Positions 23,726-36,100 of a stretch of 64,000 nucleotides of DNA are shown in pieces. The DNA is from Trichoplax sp. H2 (lineage: Eukaryota), in assembly GCA_003344405.1 (NCBI GenBank), contig NOWV01000187.1, positions 1-64,000 of the forward strand, written 5' to 3'. Every line of letters begins with the position of its first letter. Position 1 is the first letter of the stretch. Under the pieces are notes generated by a model, which was not told where the DNA came from, made no database searches, and saw nothing but the letters and a program-made list of their open reading frames with translations. A program made the position numbers and the translations under genes.

Positions 23726-26700
23726 TTTATATTTTCATGCCAATTGGTAATGCACACCTCGCCATTGCCAAGCTGGCTGCAACAAAATGAGACATCAAAT
23801 CATCCTTTGAGCTGCATGAAAATGCTGGTTGAAGATGACTTTTTCCAGTAGGATGCTCATTTTTCTCCATTTCTCAGCAAGGAAGGAAGCACTTCTATCT
23901 GTTTCTACTCGTCAATCCATGCAGAAATGGCCTTTCTAGGCAAATTTTCTCCTCTCCAAGCGATGCAGGATCGCAATAATCCGTTTAGCCAGCCTCGGCT
24001 GGACCACACCGCAGTACAATAATGTATTGTGGAAATAGTGTGCGTTGATTGGCTAGTGTCCGCTTTGTCTTGGTTTGTTGATTGGTTGTGTATTGAATTA
24101 CTGACATGGTTCTATCCAATCGTCGTTATGATCTACGATCACGTGGCAAAAAGCCATTGTACCCCAACAGGGTTTGACTCGGCCTATCTTATTCAGTAGG
24201 AAGCCAAGACGGCCGGAATCAATCATGGCTGCAGGTTTGGGCTTGTGGCCATCGGATAGCTTCAAAATACGATTGAAAAATGGATTCTTGTTAATTATTG
24301 CATTACTTTATTCTACCTCAAGTCTTACTTTTGCCTTTAAATCGTCTTTAACCCAAGGTAAGATGGTATTTGAACGATAGACAAGGGTTGTTGATGCGCT
24401 TGTTTGCACTTGTTTGATGCCGACCATTTTGCTCCAGTTGTCGACACATGGTGTTTACTTGATCGCCAAGGCTAAGGCTAAACGCCATCTTTCCACTTGC
24501 AATGGCATTAAAATTGCATTGAAATCCTATTGGATTGCCTACAGCTTGTCGCTAAGGAATCCAATGGGGCATAAGCTGTATTGCTACAGCTTTGGGACGA
24601 GTTTTATCCCCATTGGCTTGGACTGCATGCTTGCCCAGACGGTGTATCTAGTTTTCCTTAGGTGGGCAACAAAACCCCAAAATGCCTAGGCAAACAATCT
24701 TCTCTCTCATGAATGTAAAGCCATGGATAGAGGAGAACTATTTCTTCTACTTGTATAGACAAGGAATAGACCTAGCTGAGGAGTTCACTTCCATAGGGAA
24801 CCATTTCACTTTTGCTTTACATTGCGTTTACTTATTTTAGCTCGGATTGCATGATCGTCCTTTTATGCATGCAGTCGGTAAAGCTGCCTTTTTCTCCAGT
24901 CGGCTCTTTCAAATAAAATCACTCTAGACGAATGATCTTTCCTCCTATCCACAAGAATAATCCTTCCGGTCCATTTCCTACCCTTACAGCAAAGCCATCT
25001 AATAAAAGAGGGAAGAGAAATTGAGTTGTTGCACTGGGTTGAATTGAAGCCATGGAAACTGGGAGTGCTGGTGCTTTATTATTGCGTTGTGGGGCTACGC
25101 AGTATGGAATCTTTTCCTTTTTTTCTCCCAAGTCGTCTAACCAAATAAAATGATGCTTAGGCAAAGCATCATCTTCCTAGCCACTACTTTAAATTGATTG
25201 GAAATGGCTATTTTACGTCCATTTCCTACTCTTGTGGCTAAGAGAGTGTCAATTAAAATCTTGAATAGTTGTGTTTTGAGTTTTATCCATCTTCTAGACA
25301 TAGACTGGATGCACTTCTTCAGCCATGATTCCACTGAGCCAGTTCTTCCCTTTTGACCTTTTAACCGGCTAACAAAATAAAATGATGGCTGGACAAACAA
25401 TCCTCATGATTACTGATGATGATGATTGATTGCAGCCAATTTCCTGCACTTGTAGCTAAGTAGGTTTAATTCAATATAGAGTAGTTTATTTCCTGCCCTT
25501 TTATTGAGCAATGTGGAAGGTTCTATTGGCATCGATCATTTCATAAATAATCGACTGCTTTGCCTGTAGAACAAGAAACACCAGCCAAAAAATACGATCG
25601 CTGGTCAAGCATCCTTTCGATCATATTAGGGTAGTAAGGAAGTTCAATATGGAACATTGGAGTTTATTTTCTTCCAGTTGCAGTAAAATCGATCGTGTCC
25701 AACATCAACTCAATTGATCCTTTGCCCTGTATAGATTCCTCACTGCCCTAACATGGACTCTTGTCCATCGTAATATTTAATCTGTTCGTTGCTATTTTTC
25801 CCCTCTCCCCTGGACAAGAAAATAGACATTGGCGAAACGATCTTATTTGCCTAATAACTGTAGCATAATGATTGCTTTGAACGGACAGTGAACTACGTTC
25901 TACAATCTAAGGGTAGTTTTATGGGATACCTTGCCTCTTACATCCATTTTATCAATCAGACAAAGAGTAGTCGCAATTCTTTCTCCATTTTTTAAAATCC
26001 TATCCTATCCTATCACTGCGATTTTGAACCTTATTTACTCGATTACTTGTTGTTATCGATATCGTGACATGGATTCAAGGCAAAATATTTCTATCATCAT
26101 TTACAAGTCAGTAGATTGATGAATTGGATGCCTGGCATTCACAAATCGCAAGTCTTTTTTCCATTCCCTTGGACTGTTGTTAGTACTGTATTGATGATGT
26201 CGCTCAAATAGTCCATTACTTCTCCTTGAAACAACAAGCAGAAAAATCGATCGCTCCACCTTGACAGACTACTTCCCAATGGTGGTAAAATAGACAGCCA
26301 TGATTGACATGATACTGAAGATATCAATGAGGATAAATTCTTTCCTACCTTACGCCATCTTGCCAAGACTGGCAAGATCTTATGAAGTAGTGGAAGAGAA
26401 CTTTTTATCCCATGCACTGTATAGCCAGGTCTGAGCAGTAACCGGCTGCCTTGTGATGTCTTGCCATGTTTGGATATTATCGCTAACGTGATTATCCCTG
26501 TGAATCAAAATACTCAGTAGATTCTGCTAATGAATCTGTCCATAAAATAGATTCTTATTATTGTTGATTATCCCTCTTTACAAATATTGAAATGCTCAAG
26601 GAATAAGCTCATGATCGTCATCATCGATTGATTGTTAACAGTCCAAGTCTGGTTTTAACCCTTGATATCAAGTAAAACAACTTTCTCGTCTTGTCTTCAA

Positions 26701-27649
26701 ATTGCTTCTTCCTGGATACGACGAATAGATAATTTGTTTGGATGATCAATAAATATGTTGGATTAGCTTGTCTATAGACTTATTAAAAAGTTGATTACAA
26801 GAATCTGCCTAATGATTGATTTTCCTTTTTTGAACAAATTTAGGACTTGAATGTCATGGTCGTGATCAAACCTGTTCTCGTCCCCTTTCGCCGAATATTC
26901 TACCTGTATCGAAGGTAAATCAATTTATCCAAAATTGGAATCAAGCTAGACAACCTATTTTCAAGTTATGTTAACGTCCATTAGTAATATCCAATGGTCA
27001 TCACTTTACGCCATGACAGGCTGATTCATTAGCAGCCAATCCGTCATGGATTTCTCTTGCACAATCAAATGATACGTTATTAAGGACATGCAAGACTTTA
27101 CAGTAAATCAATCCATCCTTCAATTCTACGGCAAATGATCACTTGAGGACTTGGTAGACAGACAGTTTATTCTTTTCAACTATAACAACTAGTCATGGAC
27201 TCCATACTAGGGCAAAAAATGCTTACCTTTGCAATTACTCTTGAGACCATTTTACTCCAAGATGCATGAATACACAATCATCGTCCTTTCCTTTATTCTG
27301 ATCTTAATGAGCCATCCTTCTAGAAATGAATTCCTTCAAGATTGACCGATGCCTAATAATATTGTCTAGTACAACATGATGGCGATTGATTACTGTACAT
27401 ACAGTGTAGAATTGTGGATTAATTAAGAAGATAAATAACACTTCCGCTCGCACTCCAGCAGAGGATGGATTACTCATGCCAACATCCACATACAGTATTA
27501 ATAATGATAATGATTAATAATATCATTATCGTAGGACATTGCTTTCGTCTGGATTAAATTAAAGGAGAGTAAATACATCAATTGAAATGATATCAATTTA
27601 CTCCATCATTGGATATAATTTTACATAGCATTATCCATCTATCATCATC

Positions 27650-27965
27650 TTATGTAGGGTAATAAAAAAGTGACATGGATGGAAATAATTACACAAATTG
27701 GAGAGTAGGGGTAAGAAGATGGAGCATATTAACGAGGCCATCGCTGTCTTTTAATAGTATAACATTTTAACCACCAAATTCTACGGGTGTCTATTCTCCT
27801 ATTTTTACTTTCCATAACGACGTGATGTTAAAAGGAGTAATAGATCATGAAATGAATTGCTCATTTTATGGGCAGTTCATCAAAACATTTGGACAGTATA
27901 ACCCTGATGATTCATCGCCTCCAAAGAGGATTATTGCACCTATTGCTTGGAAGGGATGTTAACAC
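27650..27965 (+). pseudogene. NHL-repeat (beta-propeller) remnant
   Basis: Frameshifted peptides CRVIK-DMDGN-ITQIGE*G*EDGA and YGQFIKTFGQ resemble the NHL consensus (rv.vfd.dG.fi..fG..G...G). Confidence 0.35.
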
Positions 27966-28607
27966 ATTGTTAATCTTGTTAGCACATCCAACTGCTGTAG
28001 CGCCTTGTGTTCAAAGTGATGACATGATCAATCCATTCTCGAGGGCTGAATTAAGGATTACCGCATCAATTAATTATTGTCATCCTACTTAGACTACTCT
28101 ACGTAAGATCTTCGATGATAAGTAGATCTACATTCTACAATCACTTTGTAGAAATCGAACTTAGAAGTGATTTATGAATGATTGAATCTTGCATGAAATG
28201 CAAGATGACAAGTATCTTGATGGATTTCTTCGTCCAATCGATAGCTATAATTCTACTCTACTTGCTGATGATGAGCAAAGTACGAAACGATATTTTAACT
28301 CATAATTATAATTAATTGTACAATCTCTATCCAGGGGTAATCGTGGTGGATTTGAATCCACTCAACCGGTTCATTAGAATATGGGATCTTAGTAACTTTA
28401 CCTTAGTTCATGATTAGTTGCGCATTGTAAGGTGTCTGGGACTTTAGATTAAAAGTAATAATGATGAATTACTATGATTGCGCCTTGATGGATTTATTCG
28501 TCGCATCAGCAGCTATGATTCTACTCTACTTGTTGAAGATGACGAAAACACAGAACAATATTTATATTGATAATAATTTCTACAACCTCCAAGTAGACGT
28601 CAAGGTT

Positions 28608-29015
28608 ATAATTCTAGTCGGTCTGAACTGTTGAAAGACTACAACATGGGATCTTAATTAGTGATTATGCTTATGGAATAATTGCTACGTTAGATGAAGG
28701 CTAAAATATTATGATTCTGATCGGTCTAAACTGTTGAAAGACTACAACATGGGATCTTAGTTGATGATTATGCCCATGGTATAATTGCTACGTTAGATGA
28801 AGGCTAAAATATTATGATTCCAATCGGTCTGAACTGTTGAAAGACTTCAATATGGGATCTTAATTAGTGATTATGCTTATGGTATAATTGCTACGTTCGA
28901 TGAAGGCTAAAAAGTTATGATTCTGATCGGTCTGAACTGTTGAAAGACTACAACATGGGTTCTTAGTTGATGATTATGCCCACGATATAATTGCTATCTT
29001 AGATGAAGGTTAAAA
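28608..29015. repeat. 103-bp tandem repeat, 4 copies, ABAB higher-order pattern
   Basis: TCGGTCT starts at 28618, 28721, 28824 and 28927. Copies 1 and 3 share TAATTAGTGATTATGCTTAT; copies 2 and 4 share TAGTTGATGATTATGCCCA. Confidence 0.92.
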
Positions 29016-30114
29016 GTAACGATGATCAATGACTTGAATTTTGCATTCGATGAAAAGATGACAAATGCCTTGATGGATTCAGTCGTATTAGTAGTAGTAG
29101 TTATGATTCTACTCTGCTTCACTGGTTGAATAGGATTAGAACATAAGATGATATTTTAGTTCATGATTAGATTTACAATCACCCTGTATGGATTACAACT
29201 TTAATCTGCTTGAAGGTGACAACGACTCAAGACGAGTAGTAATACTTCGCCTTCCTTGCTTAGTTTACTTTAATAGATCAATTTTATTTCACTCCAATTG
29301 GCCAGCAATACAACATGAGTTAGCATAAGTTTCTAGACGATGTCGAGAGATGCATCGTGTCAGCATAGACTATACAACATGCACATAAACGATTTTTAAA
29401 CCATGAACCTAGGGCGATGGTCATTTAATAACAGTTTTCACTACCAGTTATACTTTATATGAAAATATTTAACTCATATTAATGATAAAGAATTGGAAAT
29501 GTCTTTGGTTAGTTATTGTTAATTAACTTGAAATTGACTTGATAATTAGCAGGACAGTGGAAGCAGTGAAAATCCATCAGAAAGTCAATCATTAACGTAA
29601 GTTTTTCTAATCGGTGTAATAATGAACCATCATTATCAAATTGCTCCTTGCTAATGTTAAGGCTAATTTCGAAATAATCTATTTAATTTGTTATTACGGT
29701 GAATAGACACAGTATCAGTAGTTACTTTCTTTCCATTTGTTTGATAACACGTTATCATGGTATTTCTGATTTTTTTAATATTAGCTATTATTGGTCATTG
29801 ATGTATTTGCAAAATTATTTAGTTTTGGATCTGGAGATTACCAGGATCATTGACAATTAAATACAATTTCAACTCATGATTAGGGTAGTCATCATGGCTG
29901 ATTACTTAGTTATCCAATCTCGGTTTTACCGAGATTATGACCTCAGCTTTGTTTAACCTTTTTGCATCTTTTGTCTGATGTAATTTTGGTATACTTATGG
30001 ATATTTCGTAATATAATCATAATGAGAAATGCCTAGATTGGATCAATAGTGGTCCACCAAAAAATCGATTTTACTCTTTACCTTACTTCGAAAATGTCAA
30101 TTAATTTTTATTAG

Positions 30115-33100
30115 GAGTCTAACAACAAATGATGACGACAAGGATGAAACTGACTGTGCGAAAAAGTTATTCATTGAACTTCGACCAAAGTATTTAGACT
30201 TCGGACGCAGGTAATCATTCGACTTTATTATCCTGATACAATGAAGTTTAAATGGGCAATTTATCAGTCGAAAATAAACGAATAATTTAAAGTATAGTAG
30301 TGAAACACTGTATCTAAGCAATTAGTAGCTGCTTTGCTACAAAATCTTTTACTAATTCTTGTTACTTCTGGCCATAAATAAGATAAATGTGCAAAGCATC
30401 AGTCATTTTGACTACTTCACAGCTCTGTATCCTATAGAACTATTGCTAATTGTACTACATGTACTTATATTCATTGAAAAAGTAGTTATGAAATAGAAAT
30501 AGACAATCTCTAGTATTTTTAATCATATAAAATAACGTTGCATGTCCCTGAGTAATAGTGACTGCAATTTATGTTGAAGTTAATAAACTAGAAATGATCA
30601 ATACATGAAGGAGACAAAATAATGTTGCGTTGTCTTCCAGTAGCCGCAAATGGCAACATTACATAAACCTTGAAACCTTATCATAAATACTTTTCTATAA
30701 GGCCAAAGTCATTAACCAGAAGAGAGGATTTGTTAACACTATATTACTTTACAGTATTATATGGAACTGTAGCAGTAGTTTATAGTTATATCCGTGTGTA
30801 GAAGTAGAAATGACCGATGTATTAGCAATACAGCTATTTTCATGCATGCAAAACTATTTATGCATAAAATAGCGTTGCTAGAATCGAAACTACTTAAAAT
30901 GGTATTCCGTTACACATTTTCTTCCTCATAACGATATATGGATATCATTATACCTATAGCATTACTGACTCAATCTTCTTGTATTTGATTTCGAAAAATA
31001 AAATTTAGACCGGTTGGTATCACGCACCAAGAAACTATTTCCATTTCAATCAATTTAAAATACGCCGCTGCAAATCGGAAGCCAGTAAAATTGTTATACC
31101 TTTCCTCTTCTATTCATGATTTTCAATTTGATAATTCTAGCAGGGTTAGTATTGGAACGATAAATTAATTGTCATTGATAGGCTCATTTCCTCTAACATC
31201 AATACTACACACGCATACCCTCATAAGGAATATTATGGGATAGTTATGTTTTATAAAATAAACCTTACTCTTCTAAAAGTAAATCCATATCAATATTAAG
31301 TATTTGGCAATAAAGATAAATTGTCCTTATTCTATTTTAACTAAATTCTCGCTCTTAATCGCCCATCACTGGCTCATCTTCGTTTAGACAATTTATCCTC
31401 GAGAAAATAATTCAATACAAATTATTTTCCATCCTCGTCAATTTGGAAAAAGAGACGAGACCATTTATTTTCATTTTTCGATTGGTAATCCAATTCTTTT
31501 AAACGTAAGTAAAATGTTTAATACGTACTATTGCTTTAATTCTCCTGACTATAATGTATTTTACACATTAAATTGACTATCACCTGCAAAGAATCTCATC
31601 AATTTTCAATTAACTTAGGTAACTGGTATTGGTATAGCAAATCCTTTCAAATTGCCACTATTCTTTGCCGCTAAGCTGCCGCTAAATGCGTCTTATTCTC
31701 CTTTAATAAAAGTATTTAACCCTTATGATACAACTTTGCAGGTATTATAAGTTGATGCAACATACAATTATGCTTGTTATATTGTATTTGAATTAAAGAT
31801 TCTCTACCATAACAATTATCCTTTGTCTTTAATTTTTGCTGATATTCAGATATCTGAAGTATTTTCTAGTAGTGGTGAAATTCATCTTGAATTTCCCACT
31901 GAAACAGCTGCTGCTAAACATCCATGGGTTAGATTTCTGTATTAGTCTTTTCTGCTATGTAAAAATATGACCTAACGTCATCAGAGCTAAATTATTTATT
32001 TATCGCTGAATCTTATAGGTGATTCCAGCGCATCAAACTCATACCATCTCTCGCTTGGCCTTTTTAGGCGCAATCGAAAATAATTATACCGCTTATTTAT
32101 GCATTCATACTAACGCTAGCTTGACTAATAGTAGTATTATTGTGCCTATTCAAATTGAAGTTACTACAGGTTAGATTTACTACTGCTTGAAAGTTTACAT
32201 ACCAGTATATGGTACTAATAATACTTATTGTTCTACAGCTCCTGGTTTATTTAGTATTACTAACTTATTTGATTTTGGAATAATCGAAGGCTCAGGTAAA
32301 ATTGAACTTTCCAAAATTGTAATGAATTATCAACTTTGAACAGCATCTAAATTTGCTAGCCTTTTATGGGAGCTATTAATAATAATGATCATCTCTGTAA
32401 CACATAGATAATATTAAGACTTTTTATGTTGCAGGAATAATAAAGTCTATAGATATTTATTTACTTCATATTGGTAAAAAACAAACTCAAATAGCTGTAA
32501 GTAATTTTGTCCTCATTTTTACCTGTTGTTCAGCATAAAAGAATTACATTTTGCTCAGTTACCTGACAATGCTTGGTTTATATTATTCTGAATAGGATAT
32601 TTCTGTCGTTCCTTCTCATGAAGCAGTCTCGGTCAAATTTAATGTAAGTTACGCAACAAATTTTGGATGGTAGTAATACAAAATCTTACATATCACCAAT
32701 TTTCTCATATAGTGAAAGCAATGCTATTACTTTGGATTTACAGCTAATTCACGCCGGTTGTAGTTATTAACCTCGCAATTAATTTATTTTATTATGTTAT
32801 TCCTTAGAGTAAAGTTAAGCTTAAATCGGATGGCATTTATAGAAAAGTTGGCACCATCCTTCTTGACAGTGAGTAATTCGAAGCTATTTACTATACTTAA
32901 GATCGATACTTGTAAATTGTTAGCTCACTTTTGAATTCAGGCTTAAATTTATTGTGTTATTTCACTGTCATAGGTGATAAAATTAGCAATGAAGAATTCC
33001 TTACTGGTGTAATAAAAATTAAATCAAATAATAGGCATGCTTATAAATTAGATATTCCATACTGTGCCACCATACATAAAGGGTTCGTATGGATAATTGT

Positions 33101-36100
33101 AATAGGCAGACAAAGTTCTTAGTTAATATAGGATAAACTTTTAGAAATTGGATTCTCACTTTAATTTAATAATCCATTAATGAACTTAAACTTAAAAAAT
33201 CTTCTCAATTAGGTGGTTAAAATTTTCCAAAAATTCGGTTACGATACAAATTAAAACTGGCACAACTTCCGTCATTATTCGGCCTTTAACTTTAGAAAAT
33301 CATTTCCGTATTCCTCTTTCCGTTAGTAAAATTAAATTGGATAAAGGGAAAGCACTCGTAAAGGTATTTGTATTAAATTGATTACAAAGGATATCATACT
33401 GTTAGCCTTACATGTTTATATAGCATGGAAATCGAATCATTGATGAACATTACGCATGACTTATATTATTTCAGATATCTCAATTTTCAAAATTTGATGT
33501 TCTACTTGTTGGTAAAATTGTCACCTTATTTCAATTCAACATCAACTGCAGCAAGTATAAATCGCCTGTCAGCACCAGTCTAACTTTATATACCAACTTA
33601 ACGTCGTTTCGGGTTCCTATTCAAATATTTGATGGCTCTTTAAAAGTATGTGATATAACTGATTATTACGAAGAATGGAAATAATCACTAGTTCTCTCGA
33701 ATGATGATGACATATTATAACTTTTAGTATTTCGTACTATGATTTTAGTTTTATAGAAATAAGATAGGAGTATCATCTCTCAACTTTGATACAGTGGCTA
33801 CCAACGATATACGTCTTGTTTCACTACTGGTCAAGAACATTAATCCTATAAACATCACTATATTAAAGATTCGTAGTAGCTTAGACTGTATTTCTATATT
33901 TCCTCAAAATGACGCTAAATTAGCCACTTTACAGGTATAATTGCAAAATTTGATTATGATGCTAATTGTTCATTAATTCTATTGCATCCACAAACGGAAA
34001 TTAACGGTTATAACAAACATTCTAGAATCCACTAATCATGGTTCCTGAGTTAGAAATTAATTTTACCATTCGTTTGGAATCACCAGATACTGCTGGGTTG
34101 TATATCGGTCAAATTGAATTTATTACCGATCATGAGGTATCTATCTATATTGGTTAATTATTGTATTTTCTGTATGTAAGGTCCAAACATTGTTTATTTA
34201 ACATAATTACATGTATTACCATAGGAATTACAATTACCTTGGAAGTTTAAGTCAGTCAACGTCAACATTAGGCCAGGATTAGATCCGATTGTATTTTCAC
34301 CTAGTTTTCCGGTAAGATTAATTTCCAGTGAACTTGCTGGCCAGTAATAAATTGAATTATCTTTAACTTAACTTACAGTATTTTATATATATACATTAAT
34401 ATATACTCGTATACACTACAATTCCTATTTCTAGCTTTTAAACTAATCTAATATAAAACAATCTCTGTTGTATTTGATTGAAATAGAGTCGTAGGGAAAT
34501 TCAAACTCTATGGATGACATCAAATTATCACCCATTTACCAAGATTAAATCTATTCAATACGATCCTAGCGATATTCGATTTGAATTTTCATTTGCGAAT
34601 GAAAGCAGTTCGAGTTTAAAGGGTGATGAATCAACACTAGTTGGCTATTTGTCATTTATCCCATCAAAAGATATCCAATATCGTTATATAGGTTTAAATC
34701 AACCCGAATTAGGTAACTCATTTGTAAAATTGTGATTATATACCATAATTTTTGCCAATGCATACTATAAAAATATATAAATGACAATGATGTTTACTTA
34801 AAATACTAGATAATGCGGCATGGATTAAAAGCTTGCAATTAGATCAAGAGACTACAGCTGTTGATAGGAGGTTTTATAATAAATTACAAGAAAAATGGAA
34901 GTATTTAGAGGACAATGGTCTAACATCAAGTGTCCACCAATTAAAAATCGAAACCGACATTATCGAAAATATAAATGTAACTGTTCAGGCTTCTCTAATG
35001 TGGCCGTCAATTATCACTACTGAAGGACCAATTATTTACCCGCTAACGCACCCGAAAAATTATTCTTCAAAGGTTGTTGCTTTAGTTAACCCATCTGATC
35101 AGAACATAATAGTACAAGCTGTTTTACTACCTGACTATCCATCGCAACAAGCTGCTCTTGATATTATTGAAGATGGAGTAGTTATTGATACAGATTCACA
35201 ATCATTGAATGGTTTCAAATTGCAAATGGCTGCGCATTCCGATTACGAAAGTATTTCTACCATTGATGGAATTAAAAGTCATCCCGCTTCATTGTCATTT
35301 TTATTAAAACCGCGTGGTCGTGCTAATATTACAGTATCCTTTACACCATCAGACTATCGAGTCTCATCAACCTTTCTCCTAATTAGGTAAATGAATGATT
35401 CCACGTTCATTAGCGCTTGATTTCAAGAATTTGGTTTTAATACATGGCTATCAGTTAAGTTAAAGTACTAACATTCTCTATCCTTTTAGGAATAATTTAA
35501 CTATCATAGACAGCATATTATTACAAGGGCAAGGGGGCCGAGGAGAATTGCAACTGCACGGTGATAATATTTCATGCAATGGTAGTTTGCAATTTGTTGC
35601 GCATCCTTCCGATCTCTTGCACTGCTCAGGTTGGAAAAGTGTATCTTATATTTGTAATAATTAAGTTTAGTAAATAATTAAATAAAAAACGCATTGGTAT
35701 TACTGTTGAAGCTTTTAAATTATTAGTTATAGATCTTATTCTAAAAGTATTTGAGTAAGCTAATTGCTAACTTTATTTGTTGCTACACTGTAGACAAGAA
35801 ATCAAGCCATTTTAATACAGTATCTAAATTTGAAATTTTGAGCAAATTTATAATGGAAAATAGCGGAAAATTGCCTATTTTTGTTAAAAAAATGGACATT
35901 AATGGTTTTGAATGTTCTGGCTATGGATTTGAAATTAAAAACTGTACATCATTTCTACTAAATCCGAAGCATAATATACAAATTGATATCGGGTAATCCA
36001 TTACTCCCTTTAGACAATATTAGAGTAGATAAATGGGTAACAGTTAGCACCTATAAGTTATTAATTTTGTTAAAAATATTTTTAGGCTTACGACATTTTT

